IMG/VR virus record: IMGVR_UViG_3300032236_001180
Coordinates: 32,001 to 96,000 of that record
Strand: one strand, 5' to 3'
From: a virus
Length of the DNA stretch: 64,000 bases
Under the pieces are notes generated by a model. It was not told where the DNA came from. It saw only the letters and a list, made by a program, of their open reading frames with translations, and ran no database searches. A program made the position numbers and the translations under genes. Positions 57,599 to 64,000 of the stretch are shown here, piece by piece (within the stretch, counting starts at the first letter, position 1; each line of letters begins with the position of its first letter).

Positions 57599-59221
57599 AT
57601 GGCAATCACAACGACAACAATTCAGGTAGCAGCAGGAACAACTCAATGGTTGCCAAGTGATGTAATTGTGGGTATTGAAAGTGCCTTCACTTGGTTAGGA
57701 TGGCACAATGGAACTTCAATAACTGGTATTGTTACTGGTATTAGTGCTGTTTCTGGTGGGGGAACTATTACTGGAAGTAATTATATCTATGAAAATAACG
57801 GGCAGGGGTCAACTTTTTATTATAATGATATTCCACAATCTTCTACTTCTGGTATTGGAACTGGGGCAACTTTTGATATTCGTCGCGTTAATGGAATATT
57901 TTATGATATTCGTGTGAATCGTCCCGGTTATGGTTATACCACAGGGGAAGTAGTTCAAATTTCCTCAGAAACTATTGGAACCGCTGCAAAAGGCGCCGCA
58001 GGAATTGCAGTAACTGTTTATGCCTCTGCTGTTGGTTATGGAACTACAAATGCATTCTTCGCCAAAGATTTAGGTGGTGGGATAAATGGAACTCCTTGGG
58101 GTGTTTTAAAACTTCAACAGCAGGCAGGCAAGAAATATGGAAATACTTATTATGGATTTCAGGTAGTCAATTATAATAATAGTTATACCTCAAATGGACA
58201 ACCAACACCATTTGCATTAAAATTTGCTTCTGGTTCAGATTTTCATCCTTATTCAGTAACTAATACTCAAAATTTAGGAATTGGATATTCAAGTCGTTTT
58301 TGTGGAAGTGGATTAGATGATGGTGTAGGGGGAATAACTTCACCTTTATCATATACACAAAATGTTCAATTAAATTCAAATGATGGTGATTCTGCTAGTG
58401 GTAGGTCGTATAAATTCAAAAGCAAGTTTGCATCATCATTAAATTATCCATTAAATATTAATGTCTATCGTTCTGCAATTGATACGAACTTTGCAGTTAT
58501 TTCTTTTGCTCAACCAGGAATAACTGCCGCACAATTATCCAGTAATTCATTCTGCACATTCTTTATTCACAAATATTCATCCACACTTTGGGATTTGGAT
58601 AATGTATTTTTAGAAGGTATTACACAAATTGTAGGGGAAACTGGAAATTCATCTTATCCAGCAATTCGCTTTACTTCTTGGATTGGTGGTAATTCAACTT
58701 ATGGTGATTATAATGGCACCCAAAAAACTGCTTGGAGAGCAGCAGAAGCAGGATATATGATTCCAGGTTCATATTCTACAAAAGAATATCAATTAACTTC
58801 CAGATATGCTTCTGCAACTTATAATATGCCATATACCAATGTTATAGAATCTTTTAATAATGCAACATCTTCCAATATAAGAATCTATAATCGCAATAGT
58901 TCTGATATTAATCAAACTGTAAAATTAGGAACTGCAATTAATTATAGTAGCGATCAAGGATATAATCAAAGTGTAACTTCTAGTGCAAATTATAATGCAG
59001 TTATCAAAGGTATTCCACTTTCTACTGTAATGGTTCCTTGTCCTTATTATCTACCTGACGATTTTGTTTTAATTGATTTTGATTCCGGAACAGATCAACA
59101 AATCATTCAACAAGGTGATACTGTTACAATCAGTGGTGGTGAAGTTTATACTGTTATCACTGGTGCATATAATCAAACTGGAAGAACTCGTGGCATTCTA
59201 TTCTGTGCGAGGAAGGTTTGA
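57599..59221 (+). CDS. virion structural protein
   Basis: NRPGYGY motif; C-terminal PCPYYLPDDFVLIDF...GDTVTISGGEVYTVI; within the fibre cluster. Confidence 0.65.
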   Translation: MAITTTTIQVAAGTTQWLPSDVIVGIESAFTWLGWHNGTSITGIVTGISAVSGGGTITGSNYIYENNGQGSTFYYNDIPQSSTSGIGTGATFDIRRVNGIFYDIRVNRPGYGYTTGEVVQISSETIGTAAKGAAGIAVTVYASAVGYGTTNAFFAKDLGGGINGTPWGVLKLQQQAGKKYGNTYYGFQVVNYNNSYTSNGQPTPFALKFASGSDFHPYSVTNTQNLGIGYSSRFCGSGLDDGVGGITSPLSYTQNVQLNSNDGDSASGRSYKFKSKFASSLNYPLNINVYRSAIDTNFAVISFAQPGITAAQLSSNSFCTFFIHKYSSTLWDLDNVFLEGITQIVGETGNSSYPAIRFTSWIGGNSTYGDYNGTQKTAWRAAEAGYMIPGSYSTKEYQLTSRYASATYNMPYTNVIESFNNATSSNIRIYNRNSSDINQTVKLGTAINYSSDQGYNQSVTSSANYNAVIKGIPLSTVMVPCPYYLPDDFVLIDFDSGTDQQIIQQGDTVTISGGEVYTVITGAYNQTGRTRGILFCARKV

Positions 59222-59433
59222 TGGCAGACTTTAATTTCTCACTTAGCACGGCAGTTTCTGGTGTAACTACTTCTGTTGCTTATAAAGTCCAAGCAACAAA
59301 TTTTACAATTAATTTTATCCAAAATCAAAATAGAAATTGGAATTTTAATTTAGGTGCTGCATCTCCTGGATGGTTGACAGGTAGAAGACCCCAATTAGGA
59401 CAATTGTATCCTCGTGGTGTTTATAATAAATAA
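59221..59433 (+). CDS. small structural/hypothetical protein
   Basis: GWLTGRRPQ.GQLYPRG C-terminus; coupled to the upstream stop. Confidence 0.65.
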   Translation: MADFNFSLSTAVSGVTTSVAYKVQATNFTINFIQNQNRNWNFNLGAASPGWLTGRRPQLGQLYPRGVYNK

Positions 59434-59456
59434 TACTATAAGAAAAAAAGTAAGAA

Positions 59457-61823
59457 ATGTCTAATAGTAGGGAGATTTCGCAGTTAGCATCATTCATTAC
59501 AGTTGATGATGCCACAAAAAATATTGGAATAACTAGCGGAACTACTCCCTATGTTGGTGTTGGTTCTACATCACCTAAGGCAAAACTTGATGTTTTAGGT
59601 GATGTAAAAATTTCTGGTGTAGCAACTGCTACATCTTTTAATGGAAACATATATTCAAATATTGGTTCAGTTACTACTTTAAGTGGAAATAATGCTTATT
59701 ATAATTCTGGTATTGTTACTACACTTTCTGGAACAAATATTAATTATTCTGGTATTGCCACATTAGGAAGTGTTTTAATCAAATCTGGTATTATCAGTGC
59801 AACAAGTCCATCGGGTATTGTAACTTATTATGGAGATGGAAGAAACCTAACCGGAGTAAATGCTTTTAATGTTATTAATCAAACATTAAGTTCTTCGGCA
59901 GTATATCCAACGTTCGCAAATAGTGTTGGTGTAACTTCTATTGGTATTTCCACAACACAAGTTGTATTCATTCCAAGCACAGGAAATTTTGGAATTGGAA
60001 TTAACAATCCACAAACAAAATTAGAAATTAATGGGGTACTAGGATTTACTGGTGGAAATGTAAAAATTGGTAGTCAATACACTGGTTCTTCTATTACTTT
60101 TGGATTCAATAATAACTTTTTAGGTGATAGTGCTGGATTTTGCAACACTAGTGGATATGATAATAACTTCTTTGGTTATTCCGCAGGATACAATAATACT
60201 ACTGGAACTGATAATAACTTCTTTGGTTTTTCTGGTTATTCAAATACAACTGGAAGTCATAATAACTTCTTAGGATTTAATGCGGGAAGATATAATACCA
60301 CTGGAAATAATAATAACTTCTTTGGACAAAATTCAGGATACAGCAATACTACCGGAAGTGAAAATGTTTTTCTTGGAACTTCTTCTGGTAGTGGAATTCT
60401 TGATGGATCTTATAATATTTTTATCGGTTCTGGATCTGGTTCATATTCAAATTCTGATGGAAATGAAAATATCTATATTGGTCGTGATGTCCAAACAAGT
60501 GGAGGAGGGTCTCAAAATATTGTTATTGGACCAGGAAGATCACTTCCATCAGATGGAAATAATCAATTAGTCATTGGTGCAGGAAGTACAAATTGGATTT
60601 ATGGTAATAGTTCTTATAATATTGGCATTGGAACTACAAATCCCACATCAAAACTTTCTGTTTATGGTGATGGTTATTTCTTCAATGGAACTATCACAAA
60701 TTTCGATATTGGTGGATATTCATCTTTACAACCTAGTGCCAGTAGTATTGCTGTTTTAAATTTTAGGAGAACAAATGGAGGAAGTCCAGCACTCATAACA
60801 AGCACCAATCAATCATTAGTGATTTCTGGTAATGAGTCTGGAACTATAATTGATATTAACTCTTACATTATTGGAGCAGTTCGTCCAAATGATACTAGAT
60901 TTAGAATTGAAGGAACACAAGGAGATGTTCAAATTCTGAATACTACAAATACATCTTCTCCCACAACTGGAGCTTTACAAGTTAGTGGTGGTGTAGGTAT
61001 TGCAAGTGATTTGTATGTTGGTCAAAAAAGTTATTTAATTGGCAATGTTGGTATCGGAACCACAAATCCCACATCAAAACTTACTGTTTCTGGTGATGTG
61101 TCATTTTCTGGTGTTTCTACAATTAGTGGAATAAAAATTTCTGCTGGTATTATTACTGCTTCTGGTATTGGAACTGTTGTTTATTATGGTGATGGTTCTC
61201 ACTTGATTGGTGTAAATGCTTTTAATGTTATTCAACAAAACATTTCATCATCACCAGTATATCCAACTCTTGCTTCCAATACTGGTGTAAGTTCTGTTGG
61301 TATTTCTTCTACTGGTTTGATATTTATTCCGGTCTCTAATTCGCTTGGTATTGGAACCACAAATCCAAGTGCTAGTTTGCACGTTGTTGGAAATGCTCGT
61401 ATTACTGGTGGAATTTATGATAGCACAAATGCGATTGGAAATTCTGGTTATGTTTTAACTTCCAATGGTTCAAGTATTGTTTGGCAAAGTGCTGGTGGTG
61501 TTGGTATTGTTACTAGTGCTGGGGGTATTGATAAACAGTTACAATATAATAGATCCGGTATTTTCTCCGGAACAAATCAAGTTTATTATGATTATAATAC
61601 TGGTTATCTTGGAATTAGTACTTCCACTCCAAGATATAATTTAGAAGTTGTTGGTACTGTTGGTGTTACTTCCCTAACAGTTTCCGGCAATGCTGGTATT
61701 GGAACCACAAGTCCTTCTTATAAACTTGATGTCGTGGGAGATATAAATAGTTCCACAGCAATTAAAGTCAAAGGGGTAAATATACTTGATGAAGCACTCC
61801 GTCTTTCAATAGCATTTGGATGA
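59457..61823 (+). CDS. tail-fibre protein with YadA-head-like 14-aa repeats
   Basis: NNFFG.SAG.NNTTG repeats at about 60105-60470; GIGTTNP.SKL.V.G repeats; internal duplication YYGDG..L.GVNAFNVI. Confidence 0.8.
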   Translation: MSNSREISQLASFITVDDATKNIGITSGTTPYVGVGSTSPKAKLDVLGDVKISGVATATSFNGNIYSNIGSVTTLSGNNAYYNSGIVTTLSGTNINYSGIATLGSVLIKSGIISATSPSGIVTYYGDGRNLTGVNAFNVINQTLSSSAVYPTFANSVGVTSIGISTTQVVFIPSTGNFGIGINNPQTKLEINGVLGFTGGNVKIGSQYTGSSITFGFNNNFLGDSAGFCNTSGYDNNFFGYSAGYNNTTGTDNNFFGFSGYSNTTGSHNNFLGFNAGRYNTTGNNNNFFGQNSGYSNTTGSENVFLGTSSGSGILDGSYNIFIGSGSGSYSNSDGNENIYIGRDVQTSGGGSQNIVIGPGRSLPSDGNNQLVIGAGSTNWIYGNSSYNIGIGTTNPTSKLSVYGDGYFFNGTITNFDIGGYSSLQPSASSIAVLNFRRTNGGSPALITSTNQSLVISGNESGTIIDINSYIIGAVRPNDTRFRIEGTQGDVQILNTTNTSSPTTGALQVSGGVGIASDLYVGQKSYLIGNVGIGTTNPTSKLTVSGDVSFSGVSTISGIKISAGIITASGIGTVVYYGDGSHLIGVNAFNVIQQNISSSPVYPTLASNTGVSSVGISSTGLIFIPVSNSLGIGTTNPSASLHVVGNARITGGIYDSTNAIGNSGYVLTSNGSSIVWQSAGGVGIVTSAGGIDKQLQYNRSGIFSGTNQVYYDYNTGYLGISTSTPRYNLEVVGTVGVTSLTVSGNAGIGTTSPSYKLDVVGDINSSTAIKVKGVNILDEALRLSIAFG

Positions 61824-61828
61824 TATAA

Positions 61829-62155
61829 ATGGCAAATACATTCCGCTTAAAGACTAAAAATAATATTGGTGTTAGTACCGTAGGAATTTATACTGTTCCT
61901 TCATCCACTACAACTACAATCATTGGACTTACTCTTGCAAATACTTCTGGTGGTGGTATTAATGTAGGAGTGGGAATTACAAGAAGTGGTGCAGATAATG
62001 TAAGTATTATCAAAAATGTTCCAATTCCCCAAGGTTCTACATTGGAAGTAATGCAGGGAAATAAGATTATAATGGAAACAACTGATACTTTAACAATAGT
62101 TAGTGATACAAATAATAGTTTAGACGCATCAGCAAGTATTTTAGAGATGACCTGA
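61829..62155 (+). CDS. small structural protein
   Basis: MANTFRLKTK...IYTVPS.TTT.IIGL.LAN...K..PIP.GS.LE...GNKI..E..D...SILE; same family as 51101. Confidence 0.7.
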   Translation: MANTFRLKTKNNIGVSTVGIYTVPSSTTTTIIGLTLANTSGGGINVGVGITRSGADNVSIIKNVPIPQGSTLEVMQGNKIIMETTDTLTIVSDTNNSLDASASILEMT

Positions 62156-62156
62156 T

Positions 62157-64000
62157 ATGGCACTTACTAAGGTTACCGGTAATGAGATTGACAGTACAGC
62201 AGCAATTTCAGCACAATCTTTTATTGTATCTGGTGTAAGTACTGTTGGTTCTTTAAGTATTGGAAATACAAGTGTTATTAATAGTGCATTTCAGTTGCAG
62301 AACATTGCTTCATTAGATGCTACAACGACAGCAACTATTGAAAGTGCCATATCAAATGCACCGAATACTTTTAGTGATTTGAGTGTTTCTGGTATTACTA
62401 CATTAGGTGTTACAAGTGCTACCAACTTAACAATACAACAATTAAATGCTAGTGGTGTTGGAACTATTGTTACCGGCAACATAACAACTTTAAGTGGAAA
62501 TAACACTTATTATAATGTTGGTGTTATAACTTCTTTAACAGGAACCAATTTAAACTATTCTGGTGTTTCTACATTTACCAATGGTCCAGTATTGATTGGT
62601 GGTGGAACTTCTACTGGAACCGCATCACAACCACTACAAGTCACTGGTGGTGCTTATGTTTCTGGAAACCTTGGAGTTGGTATTACGAGTCCAACTCAAC
62701 AATTGCAAGTAGTTGGAAATGAAGTATTTCCTTCTAAGATTAATGCCGTTGGAACTGTGTATAAATCTGGTAGTTTTCTTAACGCTTTTACAACTGCTGG
62801 AAGTAATGATTTAGGGTTTTCTGGATTTATAGCATCACAATCACTACAAACAAATCGTCTTTATATGGGAGTACATTCTCCTAGCGGCGTCAATCAATCA
62901 TTTATCGGTACACCTGATAGTAATCCACTTACTTTTTGGACAGCAGCAACAGAAAGAGTAAGAATAGATAGTAGCGGAAATCTTGGAATTGGTATCGCCC
63001 CAAGTTATAAACTTCACGTATCTGGAAATGCATCTTTTAATGGTAGTCAATCTTCTCCTGCATACATCTATGCAAATGGTGGTGGAGATGATTCTTCATT
63101 ATTCATAAAAGGAGGTAGTACTGCTGGTGTATGGAGTCAAATTGAAGTTACTGGAAACTGGAATGGAAGTTCCCAAACTGGTGGTAAAGTAGCATTTTAT
63201 ACTGCCGGAACAGAAAGAGTAAGAATTGATAGTTCTGGACGTGTGGGTATAGGAACTATTGCCCCCAATCAATCCCTTGATGTTCGTGGAAATATTCAAG
63301 TTGGTCAAACCGGAGAAAACTTCTTAAATATTAGATCATCGCCTGGTAATGCTCAATATTTATTTTTGACGGAATCTGGTGTGGCAGACAGGTGGCTTAT
63401 TGGAAGTGCTGGCGGTAATGGTGATCTTGTTTTCCGTTCTGGTGCTTATAATTTTTCCACTGGAACTGAGAGAATGAGAATTGATAGTTCTGGAAATCTT
63501 GGAATTGGGGTGACGCCGAGTGCTTGGAAATCCGGTGCACGCGCAATTCAGTTTGGACCAGGGGCGGCAGATGGTGTATTGCAGGCTTGGGGTGGTGAAA
63601 CATATTTGGCAACAAATGCGTACTATGGTGCGTCTAATCAATGGATATATCAAACCAGTGGATCATCCGCTATTTCTTATCAGCAAACAGCAGGGGCGCA
63701 CCGTTGGTATATAGCCCCTTTCGGCACCGCAGGTGCTGCTGTAACTTTTACGCAGGCGATGACGTTGGATGCTAGTGGTTTTCTTGGACTTGGGATTACT
63801 CCTTCCGCACGAATGGACATAAAAATGTCTGGATCATCCAGAACCGATGGATTAATTATTCGTCGCAGTAGTGATAATAACCACCAACTGGGATTATGGA
63901 CAACCTCTGGTGAATTTTATTTTGATGCTGTTACTGGTAATCCCGTAGCTGCTGGTCAAATTGTATTCAGAAGATCTCTTGATTCTGGATCTTCTTTTAG
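62157..64000 (+). CDS. tail-fibre protein, 3'-truncated by window edge
   Basis: Hand-read from ATG 62157 (MALTKVTGNEID...); repeated T..TERVRIDSSGN.GIG units; no stop found in the stretches read, and absent from the ORF track as expected for an unterminated ORF. Confidence 0.8.
   Translation, partial: MALTKVTGNEIDSTAAISAQSFIVSGVSTVGSLSIGNTSVINSAFQLQNIASLDATTTATIESAISNAPNTFSDLSVSGITTLGVTSATNLTIQQLNASGVGTIVTGNITTLSGNNTYYNVGVITSLTGTNLNYSGVSTFTNGPVLIGGGTSTGTASQPLQVTGGAYVSGNLGVGITSPTQQLQVVGNEVFPSKINAVGTVYKSGSFLNAFTTAGSNDLGFSGFIASQSLQTNRLYMGVHSPSGVNQSFIGTPDSNPLTFWTAATERVRIDSSGNLGIGIAPSYKLHVSGNASFNGSQSSPAYIYANGGGDDSSLFIKGGSTAGVWSQIEVTGNWNGSSQTGGKVAFYTAGTERVRIDSSGRVGIGTIAPNQSLDVRGNIQVGQTGENFLNIRSSPGNAQYLFLTESGVADRWLIGSAGGNGDLVFRSGAYNFSTGTERMRIDSSGNLGIGVTPSAWKSGARAIQFGPGAADGVLQAWGGETYLATNAYYGASNQWIYQTSGSSAISYQQTAGAHRWYIAPFGTAGAAVTFTQAMTLDASGFLGLGITPSARMDIKMSGSSRTDGLIIRRSSDNNHQLGLWTTSGEFYFDAVTGNPVAAGQIVFRRSLDSGSSF

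Noticed and set aside
458-63714. Numerous 60-185 aa antisense or alternate-frame ORFs in the ORF track
   Set aside because: They lie within well-supported genes, mostly use non-ATG starts, and are shadows of biased codon usage.
1-64000. tRNA, rRNA or intron elements
   Set aside because: Intergenic gaps are short, no cloverleaf or T-loop signature was seen, and core genes appear uninterrupted; a tRNAscan-SE/Infernal run would be needed to exclude them formally.

Overview
AT-rich 64-kb segment of a T4-like myovirus, most consistent with a cyanomyophage: it carries a CP12 homologue and the cyanophage-type gene order. Freshwater origin is plausible but not provable here. From left to right: (1) an accessory/metabolic block with partial purC, an LpxH/PlcP-like metallophosphoesterase, three tandem LamG-like paralogues, an HNH nuclease, speD and a glutaredoxin; (2) a DNA-metabolism block with thyX, phoH, an exonuclease, g33, g59 and g32; (3) a minus-strand g53-g48-g2-[GIY-YIG-like homing endonuclease]-g4 block; (4) baseplate/tail genes (g54, g26, g51, two tape-measure/hub-like proteins with lytic-type domains, a hub protein, CP12, split g5); (5) about 36 kb of mosaic, repeat-rich tail-fibre genes. 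The most notable feature is a cassette inside the tail-fibre region (37014-40118): a short S74-chaperone fibre, then a 68-aa Cys-rich peptide (8 Cys, ending NCNCQCA), an unknown 255-aa protein and a radical SAM/SPASM enzyme. This resembles a phage-encoded RiPP-like or virion-tip modification system. All calls come from motif recognition and synteny; no database searches were run. No tRNA, rRNA or CRISPR array was seen.
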